A DNA stretch of 63,244 bases, filler included, from Chiloscyllium plagiosum (lineage: Eukaryota), in the NCBI RefSeq assembly GCF_004010195.1. It is 4 parts of one record of this genome, joined end to end, with 100 filler letters (N's around TTAATTAATTAA, not from the genome) between each part and the next. Parts side by side here need not be neighbours in the genome. Positions count along the whole stretch, not along the records: positions 49,698 to 60,426 come from NC_057716.1; positions 60,527 to 63,244 come from NC_057716.1; 2 more parts are not named here. The stretch is one strand, 5' to 3'. The notes below the pieces were generated by a model. The model made no database searches and was not told the DNA's origin. It saw nothing but the letters and a program-made list of their open reading frames with translations. The position numbers were made by a program, and so were the translations under genes. Of the stretch, positions 51,746-62,119 are shown one piece after another. Position 1 is the stretch's first letter. Each line of letters begins with the position of its first letter.

Positions 51746-52757
51746 CTATAAGACCATAAGCCCATAAGACGTAGGAGTGGAAGTAAGGCCATTCGGCCCA
51801 TCGAGTCCATTCTGCTATTCAGTCATGGCTGATGGGCATTTCAACTCCACTTACCCGCATTCTCCCCGTAGCCCTTAATTCCTTGTGACATCAAGAATTT
51901 ATCAATCTCTGCCTTGAAGACATTTAGCGTCCCGGCATCCACTGCACTCTGCGGCAATGAATTCCACAGGCCCACCACTCTATGGCTGAAGAAATGTCTC
52001 TGCATTTCTGTTCTGAATTTACCCCCCTCTAATTCTAAGGCTGTGTCCATAGGTCCTAGTTTCCACGACTAACGGAAACAATTTCCTAGCGTCCACCCTT
52101 TCCAAGCAATGTATTATCTTGTAAGTTTCTATTTGATCTCCCCTTAATCTTCTAAACTCCAATGAATACAATCCCAGGATCCTCAGCCGTTCCTCGTATG
52201 TTAGACCTACCATTCCAGGGATCATCCGTATGAATCTCCGCTGGACACGCTCCAGTGCCAGTATGTCCTTCCTGAGGTGTGGGGACCAAAACTGAACACA
52301 AATGGCGCCTAATCAGAGCTTTATAAAGTCTCAGTAGCACAACAGTGCTTTTATACTTCAACCCTCTTGAGATAATTGACAACATTGCATTAGCTTTCTT
52401 TACTACCTGCCTGTCCACCTAACTTCGTATCATCGGCAAACTTCGCTAGTATGCCCCGAGTCCCTTCATCCAGATCATTAATATATAACGTGAACAGCTG
52501 CGGCCCCAACACTGAACCCTGCGGGACACCGCTTGTCAATGGCTGCCAGTCCGAAAAAGAACCTTTTATCCCAACTCTCTGCCTTCTGTCAGACAGCCAA
52601 TCCTCAATCCATACCAGTAGCCCACCTCGAACACCATGGGTGGCCACCTTACTCAGCAGCCTCCCGTGTGGCACCTTATCAAAGGCCTTTTGGAAGTCTA
52701 GATAGACCACATCCACTGGAATTCCCTGGTCTAACCTACTTGTCACCTCTTCAAAGA
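51746..52757 (-). mobile_element. CR1 3' part (RT) with internal deletion
   Basis: [33 protein letters not shown]; cataagaccataag tail. Confidence 0.92.
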
Positions 52758-52824
52758 ACTCAAAGACATGCGATGTGAAAAAGAAAATGTTGCCTCTGGT
52801 TGAAACTTGTTACTCAATCAAACT

Positions 52825-53205
52825 TAGGAAGATGGTAAAATAGTGGTAATGTCACTGAATTAGTAAATCATATGCCTCACTTTGTACTAATGACAGCGAT
52901 CGAAATCCCATCATCGCCATGAGTGGAATTTAAATTCAATTAGTAAATTTGGAATATAAAGCTAATCTCAGCAATGATAGCCATAAAACTATCATCAGTT
53001 GTTGTAAAAACCAATCTGCTTCATGAAAGTCCTTTGTGGAACAAAATCTGCCATCCAAAAATGATCTGGTGTACATGTGACTCCGCACCTACAGAAATGT
53101 CGCTGACTCTTAACCATGCTCTGGTGGCCTGGCAAACCATTCAGTTAAAGGGTGTTTTGGGATACAGTAAACACTGGTGCTGCTCACATGCCATGTGAAG
53201 AATTT
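52825..53205 (+). mobile_element. SINE family X, degenerate
   Basis: tagtggtaatgtcactg head; acatgtgactcc...aatgtcgctgactcttaac core. Confidence 0.65.
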
Positions 53206-53639
53206 TTTTAAAAGTTCACATGAATTTTATATTAAACTGTCACTCCTTATCTCGCTGGTTCTGTGTGCAGCTGTTAAAAAGACCAAACCATCGTTCTCTG
53301 AGGCCATTCCACTGTTATTTTAATGAATGGGGGTGCACTCTCCTGCTTCTGCTCTTACTGAGTTAATGGCAGTGAAGATATTACTTGCAATGCCTTCTTT
53401 TCCCAATCCTGCACCATCACCTTTGTCAACCCTAAAGAACTGCCCGTAGCTCCCTCCTTTGCCTCATGTATGTGCTGCCCTTGAATGATATTATCTGGAA
53501 ACATAATGAATGAAGGAATGAATGAATGATGACTTATTGATGGTGGCACTGGCAAAGTAGGCAGTGTTTAGGCTCCTGAGTCTGTTTGCTCCAGACAGCC
53601 ACCAGCTCCATTCTTCCCTTTCCCTTTATGTCTTCTCTC

Positions 53640-54554
53640 TGTAATATTTGATAAAAATACCCAGTGTTAGAAATATATGGATTGACCTCTGGTATTTTTT
53701 AAAACCTGCAGAGAAGTAAAAGTAGCAGGTGATGGGATCAACCTGTGAATGGGATCTGGGTATTTCGGAGGCAACTACAAAGAAATGACTTTTTAGCGAG
53801 GCATATTGACTTAATCAAACATCTTGCATTTACAATTAAAACAATGGCCTTCACACTTTTGGCCACACAGCCAAAACATCGACAAGGCAATGAGCCTAGA
53901 GATTGGCATGGAGCTTAGGAAGGCCCTGCAACTAATATAATTGTAGGCCCTGATCTCATATCCAGAGAGTATTCAAACCAGGAGCCGAGACAGGAATGCC
54001 GAAAGAGCATTTTGTAAGACTGACAGCAGGCCTTAAAGACCATCGTGACTGACTATGCTGAAAGGAGCCGAGACTGTCAAAATTTGAAGCACTAACTAAC
54101 CTGTACAACATTAAAAGTCCTCAGGTACAACTGATGTGAAGACTGAGCTTGACAAACCAGCAAAAGGAAAGAAACCCGATAGATCCAATATGCACCTAAC
54201 TACATTGGCAGACTCAACTCAGACTGAGTTCTAGCTGTGCAACCAGTCCCCTACCATGTTTGGGGTATGGTAAACCATAGCAACTGCATCAGGCAAACTT
54301 CAAAACTGCACTTGGAATGGTGAGCATAATCTCTAGACTGCAGAGTACTAATTTAGTCAGTAGTGGGAGGCAGGTGATTTCAGTGTACTGTGGTTCTTAA
54401 ATAATACTGTATTTTAAATAATAGCATGTAATTGTTTTACCTTTTCTTCTATTGTTGAGTTACCTGTTTCCTGTATGTTATGTTACCTTCTCTGTGCATA
54501 ATTAAATGCAGACATTCTTTTTCCCTCACATATCTTATGCTATTTTTTCACGAC
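53640..54554. repeat. Possible LTR-like repeat
   Basis: tgta...gaca ends and an internal duplicated aggagccgagac; no clear TSD. Confidence 0.25.
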
Positions 54555-54702
54555 ATCCTGATTAATGCAGTCTATGAAGAAATTGCGCAAAGGCCGGTAT
54601 CCCATCACCATGTTACCCTTTATTTACACGTGCAGAGTACATTGGCCAGCCAGCTCTGAGTCAGTCACCTGAACTGAGGAGATTCTAATCTCCTGGTTAT
54701 AT

Positions 54703-55520
54703 ATTTTTCTTTTCTTTTGTTCTACTGCTGTACAGCAGTGGTGCTTATATTTCCAGCACCCATCTTGCGTATGTGTAGGTGCACGACACAGTGAAAACAC
54801 CAAATGTAAATAACTTTATTATTACTCCACTACTAGGAAAATCACCCATGTGGCCAAGGAACCAGTGATAAACAAAGCCCACAGTGAGCAATACTGACTT
54901 GTCTCCTATTTACATTCCTTTTTTTCCCTTTTTTAAATTTTTTTTTATTTTTCCCATCTCCTATGTTGAGTGTGTGTAGGTGTAAACACAGTGAATGAAC
55001 AACAAGTTCATAAAACGTTATACATATTTCACCACTAGGAAGAAAGGGAACAACCAAGTGGCCAGTAACAAGCAGGGCCCTCCTCAACAAAGACAATGAT
55101 CAAAAAGTGAAAAGAGGGGGCAGGGATTAAATCAAAATGGAGTTGGAGGAGGAAATAAAGCACTCCACACCCTATGGTGCCCACTTCTCCCTTCTCCAAG
55201 TTACATTCTTTTCTTTTTTGTTCTTTTTTTAAAAATCCCCACACTACCGCCTAACTTTGGTACTGTTTATATTTTCCCCAGTACCCATGTGGTGTGTGTG
55301 CAGGTGTGAGAGACAACAGGTGTGCAAATCTTTATTCAATTTCCACCACCAGGAAGAAAGGAAGACACCAGGGTGGCCAGTGTAGAAGCAGTGCCCTTTT
55401 CAGAGGGCAATGCTGCGTGATCAAACAGTGAAGGGGAGGGTAGGGATTAAATCAAAATAGAGTTGGAGGGGGAAATAATACACTCCACACACTGTGGTGT
55501 CCACTTCTCCCTTCTCCAGG
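54703..55520 (-). mobile_element. Three tandem 5'-truncated Tx1-like LINE 3' ends (~54703-54914, ~54915-55205, ~55206-55520)
   Basis: Each starts with a T-rich tract (poly(A) on -) and shares gtgtaggtg, ccactaggaa and gtggcca blocks; the third reads KWTPQCVECIISPSNSILI* on the minus strand. Confidence 0.65.
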
Positions 55521-56180
55521 TCCTAGGGAGTGTTGCTGAACAAAGAGACCTTGGAGTACAGGTTCACAGCTCCTTGAAAGTGNNNNNNNNNNNNNNNNNN
55601 NNNNNNNNNNNNNNNNNNNNNNNNNNNNNNNNNNNNNNNNNNNNNNNNNTGCAATTCTGGTCTCCTTCCTATCGGAAAGATGTTGTGAAACTTGAAAGGG
55701 TTCAGAAAAGATTTACAAGGACCTTGCCAAGATTGGAGGATTTGAGCTATAGGGAGAGTCTGAACAGGCTGGGGCTGTTTTCCCTGGAGCGTCGGAGGCT
55801 GAGGGGTGACCTTATAGAGGTTTACAAAATTATGAGGGGCATGGATAGGATAAATAGACAAAATCTTTTCCCTGGGATCGGGGAGTCCAGAACGAGTGGG
55901 CATAGGTTTAGGGTGAGAGAGGAAAGATATAAAAGAGACCTAAAGGGTAACTTTTTCACACAGAGGAGAGTATGTGTATGGAATGAGCTGCCAAAGGAAG
56001 TGGTGGAGGCTAGTACAATTGCAACATTTAAGAGGCATTTGGATGGGTATATGAATAGGAAGGGTTTGGAGGGATATGGGCCGGGTGCTGGCGGGTGGGA
56101 CTAGATTGGGTTGGGATATCTGGTCGGCATGGACGGGTTGGACTGAAGGGTCTGTTTTCATGCTGTACATCTCTATGATT
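55521..56180 (+). mobile_element. CR1/HER1 3' end (N gap 55583-55649)
   Basis: ORF 55463-56104 QFWSPSYRKDVVKLERVQKRF. Confidence 0.92.
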
Positions 56181-56560
56181 ATGAAATTGGTCAGCCAAAG
56201 CGTTCCTTATTGGTCCAGGTTAACAACCCCAATTAATGACCTTGTAGTCAATGAGGTCAACTTGATTCCAATCACTGCAGTCAAGAATCAGGGGTTGGGA
56301 GTGATTGAACTGCTTAGAAGGCAGGAGTATAATTGACTGACAACCAAATCCCCACATTTCTTTTTCTTTTTTATCGTCTTCTTCCTTGTGATGGCAGAAG
56401 GGGTGAGTAATGTCCAGGGGACCAGCTAGAATGGGACCCTTGATGAGGCAGCAGCCTGGCCTGGTGATGGAGCAATGGATTCCTGGTTTTGGTGGACCCA
56501 AAGCAGGCTCTCGTGGTTATTGGCATGGTGGTGGTGACAGCTTCTGGTTGTGGTCGGTCT

Positions 56561-57672
56561 GGAGCCGAAGGCTCCTGTTATCAGAGAGGTGGTGGCAACA
56601 GAGCCTGGCTCTCCTGGTTATCAGCAAGGCTGCAGCAGTGGAGCCCAGGGGCACCTGGTCATCGGTGAGGCAGCGGCGGAAGTGGAGCCAGGGGCTCCTG
56701 GTCATCGGTGAGGCAGCAGCCACAGTGGAGCCAGCGGCTCCTAGTTATTGGTGAAGCAGCAGCCACAGTGGATCCGGGAGCTGCTGTTTATCGGTGAAGC
56801 AGCAGCCGCAGTGGAGCCAGGGGCTCCTGTTTATCGGTGAGGCAGCAGCCGCAGTGGAGCCGGAAGCTCCAGGTTATCGGTGAGGCAGCAGCCGCAGTGG
56901 AGAAGGAGCTCCTGGTTATCGGTGAGGCAGTGGCGGCAGTGGAAACGGGAGCTCCAGTCATCGGTGAGGCAGCGGCAGTGGTGCCCGGGACTCCTGGTTA
57001 TCGGTGAGGCAGCAGCTGCACTGGAACTGGGAGCTCCTGGTTATCGGTGAGGCAGCAGCCGCAGTGGAGCCAGGACATCTTGGTCATCGGTGAGGCAGTG
57101 GCGGCAGTGGAACCAGGAGCTCCTGGTGATCGGTGATGCAGTGGTGGAAGTGGAGCTGGGAGCTCCTGGTTATCAGTGAGGCAGCAGTGGCAGTGGAATC
57201 GGGGGTTCCTGGTTATTGGTGAGGCAGCAGTGGCAGTGGAGCTGGGAGCTCCTGGTTATCAGTGAGGCAGCGGTGTCAGTGGAGCCAGGAGCCCCTGGTT
57301 ATCGGTGAGGCAGCGGTGGCAGTGGAGCCAGGAGCTCCTGGTTATCAGTGAGTAGCAACCACAGTGGAGCCAGGAGCCCCTGTTTATTAGTGAGGCAGCG
57401 GCGGCAGTGGAGCCGGGAGCTCCTGGTGATCGGTGAGGCAGCAGCGGCTGTGGAGCCGGGGGCCCCTGGTTATCAGTGAGGCAGCAGCCACAGTGGAGCC
57501 AGGAGCCCCTGTTTATCAGTGAGGCAGCGACGGCAGTGGAGCTGGGAGCTCCTGGTGATCGGTGAGGCAGCAGCGTCAGTGGAGCCGGGAGCTCCTGGTT
57601 ATCAGTGAGGCAGCAGATTGGAGCGGGAGCTCCTGGTTATCAGTGAGGCAGTGGAGCTACGGGCTCTTGGTT
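56561..57672. repeat. GC-rich minisatellite, 43-bp unit, about 25-26 copies
   Basis: Consensus approximately GGAGCCGGGAGCTCCTGGTTATCGGTGAGGCAGCAGCCGCAGT; period measured 57251 to 57294. Confidence 0.95.
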
Positions 57673-57787
57673 GCGCGACGAGTGTGGGTTTAGCATGGGT
57701 CCCTGCATCAGCAGGGCATCGACAGAGTGGGCCCAGTGATGAAGATATGGGCCTGAGGGGTAGTGACTCTGACAATTGTGGGTCCAT

Positions 57788-58052
57788 TTTTTAAAAATTC
57801 ATTCATGCACAGGATGACATCATCACAGGCTAGTTCACCAATTATTCCCCATCTCTAATTGCCCATAGAGCAGTTAAGAGCAAGTCATATTATTGTGGGT
57901 CTGGAATCACATGTAGGCCCGATCACGTAAGAATGGCAGATTCCTTCCCTAAAGGACTTTAGTGAATCATGGGTTTTCCTGATAATTGACAAGGGTTTCA
58001 TGCTCATCATTAGACTTCTAATTCCAGAATTTTATTGAATTCAAATTCCACC
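57788..58052 (-). mobile_element. SINE family X
   Basis: Reverse complement of gaatttgaattcaataaaattctggaattagaagtctaatgatga...tgaatgaattttt. Confidence 0.8.
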
Positions 58053-58329
58053 TTTTACTTGAGTAACTTTCAGCAATGGTTGTATATTATATTAACCTTT
58101 TATCTTGTTTAAAGTATAAGGTTGTTTGCTAATTATTTTAAAATTGAAATACTCGTGAAATAAAAGGGAACTACAAGGGGGTTATACATGTTTGTAGTTC
58201 TTGGACTACTCTGACGATAAACCTGGGGTGATCAAAAGTCATCCCCTTCCCAAACTGTACCTCAGCTTTTGGCATTATCCTTCTTCCTGGCTGAGATTAA
58301 ACAGATTCCTCTTTCTGACCTTGCTGTCC

Positions 58330-58530
58330 TGAAACTGCCTTTGCCAGCTTCTGTAATATTGCCTAACTTCACATCTGCCTCAGCTGGTGTGCTGTTGATA
58401 TCCCCACTCAAACTTCTAGCTTTGTGACCTCTAGATTAGATTGTTCCAATGCACTTCTGTTAGTCTGTCCTTTACAAGCTTAAGATCATTCAATGTTCTT
58501 CTGTCCATGTCCTTGCTCAGACCAAGGGTG
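58330..58530 (+). mobile_element. L2-type RT fragment
   Basis: tttgtgacctctagattagattgttccaatgcacttctg = FVTSRLDCSNALL. Confidence 0.6.
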
Positions 58531-59080
58531 AACTGTTATGGACCTCAGTGTGGGTTTGAAGGTGAAGAAACTTTTTAAAAAGCATGTCTTGCCTAGTCCT
58601 GACCCACAGCACCAACCTGTCTCCCATTTAATGGCGTGCAGGTGTAGAATGGTCTCCCCACTCATGGGACTGTTGAGGCTAATGCATGGTCAGTTAAGGG
58701 CCATGTAAATACCTCAATCCCATCCCTGTTACTATTTCAACCGTAACAGGGAGAGACCCACATCCCTTTGGCAGGTGAGTAGCCCAGAACCTTTTATGGG
58801 TCAAATTGTGTCAGGACTTTTTGGGGGTGGGGAGGGGGTCCCCTGTGCCTATCGAAGATACACCCCCAAAATGTCACGATCTCTTCAACCATCTCCGTCA
58901 ATCTTTCAAACCTTACAGCTTGCATCTCCAGCCCTCTCGCTAGGATCTGCCATCCAGGCCACACCAATACCCTATACTCACCTGGAGTTCAGCCTTTATT
59001 AGCTCCTCTTCCTTGGACACTGTCTAAAGACCCAGGAATGGTTATTGCTTGATCTTGGTACCATTGGGACTACATAGGTG

Positions 59081-59301
59081 TTGGGAGAAGTGGGTACTGC
59101 AGATGCTGGAGATTAGAGTCAAGATTAGAGTGGTGCTGGAAAAGAATAGCAGTTCAGACAGCATCTGAGGAGCAGGAAAAATCGATGTTTCGGGCAAAAG
59201 CCCTTCCTGATGAAGGGCTTGTGCCTGAAACGTTGATTTTTCCTGCTCCTCGGATGCTGTCTGACCTGCTGTGCTTTTCCAGCACCACTCTAATCTTGAC
59301 T
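59081..59301. mobile_element. Palindromic Penelope pLTR insert with hammerhead at the centre
   Basis: Arms ~59117-59206 and ~59212-59301; CTGATGA 59207, GAAA 59227, AACGTT stem III. Confidence 0.85.
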
Positions 59302-59653
59302 ACAGTCAAGTGCACAGGCAGAACCTCCTCCTCAGAAAGGAGTGGAGGCCTCATGGAGAGTTAATGAACATGTCTCTGAGTGGTCTCCTCAACGGCAGGG
59401 AGGAAAACCCAACCATTTGCAAGTAGAAGTTGTTAAAGATCAGCATGTTAAAAAAAAAATAATTGTTTTATAAGTAATCCAAAACCTGCTCCTTCATACA
59501 CACATAAAGTTATAATTATCCAAAAATTGTTTAGCTGTTTAGATGTCAGCCTCACTTGGTGGTTTAGGCCAGGATTCTAGCCTGAATCCCCAAGATTGTA
59601 CCTTATAGTTTAAACATTATAAGGAAGTCACTTCTGTCAGACACTGGATTATC

Positions 59654-60426
59654 TTTTTTTTATAGATATTTTTATTAGAAATTTAACATTTTTACAAGTT
59701 TACAAAAATAAACAATACTCTCAAATATAAAACATTGATATACAATTAAATCAAATATACAATAGCCAAAATTTAACAAAAGAAGAAAGAAAACAAAACC
59801 GAAAAAGAAAAAAAAACAAAACTCAACTATCTACTAATCTAACCTATAACTAACCAGAGTGTATATATAAGTCTCTTACATGCTCGGAATGTGTTAACAT
59901 CAGATGTAATAAAACCCATATTCGTGCGGGATTCCTCTCCTAAGGGGCCCCGGACCAGCCAGGTTTGTAATCTTAATTAAATAAAAACCCTTGTTAGGAT
60001 AGCTGAGATATCTGTATTTATGTAATTCAAGAAGGGCTGCCATATTTCATAAAATAATTCGGTCTCTCGGTGCACCATATTTGTAAGGAAGTCAAGGGGA
60101 ATACATTCCATACTTAATCTGTGCCAATTTCAAGTCCAGGGGTCCCTCAGCCACCCAGTTCACCAAAATATTTTTCCTTGCACAGAAAGAAAGAATAGAA
60201 AATAGTCTCTTCCTGTACATGTCCAGGGAGGGAAAGTTCGAAAAGCCCAAAAGGAGAGATACAGGGTCCACTTTAATTTCCGTTCCTAGAATTTCTGTCA
60301 GGGTACTTGCTACTTTAGTCCAATATCTACGGATCTTATGACAGGTCCATAGGCAATGTACAAGAGTGCCCACCTCTATTTTGCATTTGGGACACATTGG
60401 AGATGCTCCTCCCTTAAATTTTGCCA
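59654..60426 (-). mobile_element. Second copy of the L1-clade element (3' end), cut by gap
   Basis: Near-identical to 19651-20420; ORF 60092-60397. Confidence 0.93.
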
Positions 60427-60526
60427 NNNNNNNNNNNNNNNNNNNNNNNNNNNNNNNNNNNNNNNNNNNNTTAATTAATTAANNNNNNNNNNNNNNNNNN
60501 NNNNNNNNNNNNNNNNNNNNNNNNNN

Positions 60527-60738
60527 CTCCGCCCCCACCCCCACTCCAGCCTATCACCCTCACCTTAACCTCCTTCCATCTATCGCATTTCCAATGCCCC
60601 TATCCCAAGTCCCTCCTCACTACCTTTTATCTTAGCCTATTTGGCACACTTTCCTCATTCCTGAAGAAGGGCTTATGCCCAAAACATCGATTCTACTGCT
60701 CCTTGGATGCTGCCTGACCTGCTGCGCTTTTCCAGCAA
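60527..60738 (+). mobile_element. Penelope 3' end/pLTR
   Basis: Similar to 225-435; CTGAAGA at 60661; GAAA decayed to AAAA. Confidence 0.85.
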
Positions 60739-60739
60739 T

Positions 60740-62030
60740 GACTATTGCAAGCCTTGGACCTCAGTCGTACATTGACTATACGGGTTCTTTCATGAACTTA
60801 ATGTTCTTAGTCATTATAGACACCTACTCAAAGTGGTTGGACATGCATAGTGTCCATTCTTGAAATACTGGAATGATAATAGAAAAACTGTGTGCATCTT
60901 TTGCAACTCACAGAGTCCCGCAAGTGTTGGTTATGGATAACAGGCCATTTTTAACCATCAGGGAATTTGGTTATTTCTTGGGATTCGACACATAAGGACA
61001 GCTGCATACCAGCCCTCATCCAATGGCCTGACAGAAAGACCAGTCTAAAGGTTAGCTTGGAGAAACAACCTACAGCCTCACCAGATACCAAGCAGTTATG
61101 ATTCTTGTTTGATTCTAGGGCCAACCCAAATGTAACTATAAGAATAGTACTGGCAGAGTTGCTAATGGGGAGAAGACTCCGTACCAAGTTAAATCTGATC
61201 TTCCTGGACCTGGGAGGGAAAGTGAAATGGCATCAGGCCCTCCAGTACCAGACACAAGATGGTTTGATACAGGGTCGAGAGTGTGGTGCTAAAAAAGCAC
61301 AGCAGGGCAGGCAGCATCCGAGCAGCAGGAAAATCGAGGTTTCGGGCAAAAGCCGTTCATCAAGAATTTGATACAGGGAATGAACTTTGGTGTAAGACTC
61401 ATGGAAATGACCCCACATAAAGAAGTGGCATGGTCTATGTGAGGTCAGGACCAGTGATGTGTAAGCTTTGGGTTGGTGTGAACAAGCATCTGCATAATAT
61501 GAAAGCCATGAATTAGCAACATTGAGGGGGAAAATCATGCCCTGTCCCGAGTGAGCTTTGAAAATGCTGCCATAATGTGTGAATCCACACTCTTCATCAA
61601 GTGTTGCCAATTCCTTGGAATCAAAGATGGACATGATGGAAGTAGCCACCTCACTGCCTTGGCTGCTAGAAGAAGAGAGTGAAATTCTACTGAGGAACTC
61701 CTGGCACAAGAGGCTGGCTCCCATGCATTACACGCCACCCATCTCAGACGCTGAGTTGAAGGAACCTGACCTGGTGCTGAAACACCCCAGGTGGCTCTCC
61801 AAGATAAAGGATCAGCTGATGTCCATGGACTTAGAGGAGGAGGGATAGAAGGATGTCGTGAATGTAACAAGGTTAGCGAACTGGACCTTGTAGAATTTGA
61901 GTAATCTGGGAGCCATGGCCGACACTCTGATACCTGACTTTGTATGAGGCAGTGCGACAGTCAAGGACTGTTCATGGGTAAATAAAGGGTGACTTGGTGA
62001 CGGGATACTAGCCTTGGTGGAGTTATTTCA
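60740..62030 (+). mobile_element. Gypsy 3' part: integrase remnant, PPT and 3' LTR (61854-62030)
   Basis: YIDYTGSFM..MFLVIIDTYSKWLD, PSSNGL and AELLMGRRLRTKL; purine tract before tgtcgtg; LTR ends ttca with AATAAA at 61981. Confidence 0.8.
61275..61366 (-). mobile_element. 92-bp Penelope pLTR fragment with 12-bp TSD
   Basis: tttgatacaggg at 61263-61274 and 61367-61378; minus strand tTGATGA...gcccGAAAcctcg. Confidence 0.85.
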
Positions 62031-62119
62031 ATTACCTTTCCACCTTTTGACAAATTGGCACAATGTTCACAGTCCTCTGGTGGGATTGCCATGCTTTTTC
62101 TCAGCAGCTTGACATATAT

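Larger units (their letters stand above)
54575..56279 (-). repeat. Solo Gypsy LTR (family of 61854-62030) hosting three Tx1-like ends and a CR1
   Basis: Minus strand aataaagggtaacatggtgatgggataccggcc...ttca matches 61981-62030; TG...CA ends; 5-bp TSD gtcta/gtcaa. Confidence 0.75.

Noticed and set aside
56410..56754. ORF running into the minisatellite as a repeat protein
   Set aside because: The 43-bp period shifts frame every unit and TGA stops recur.
56561..57672. CRISPR-like regularly spaced hairpin repeats
   Set aside because: No unique spacers, the whole unit repeats, there are no cas genes, and the context is vertebrate.
58540..59440. Possible MITE-like repeat around the 59081 palindrome
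   Set aside because: I could not define TIRs or a TSD by eye.
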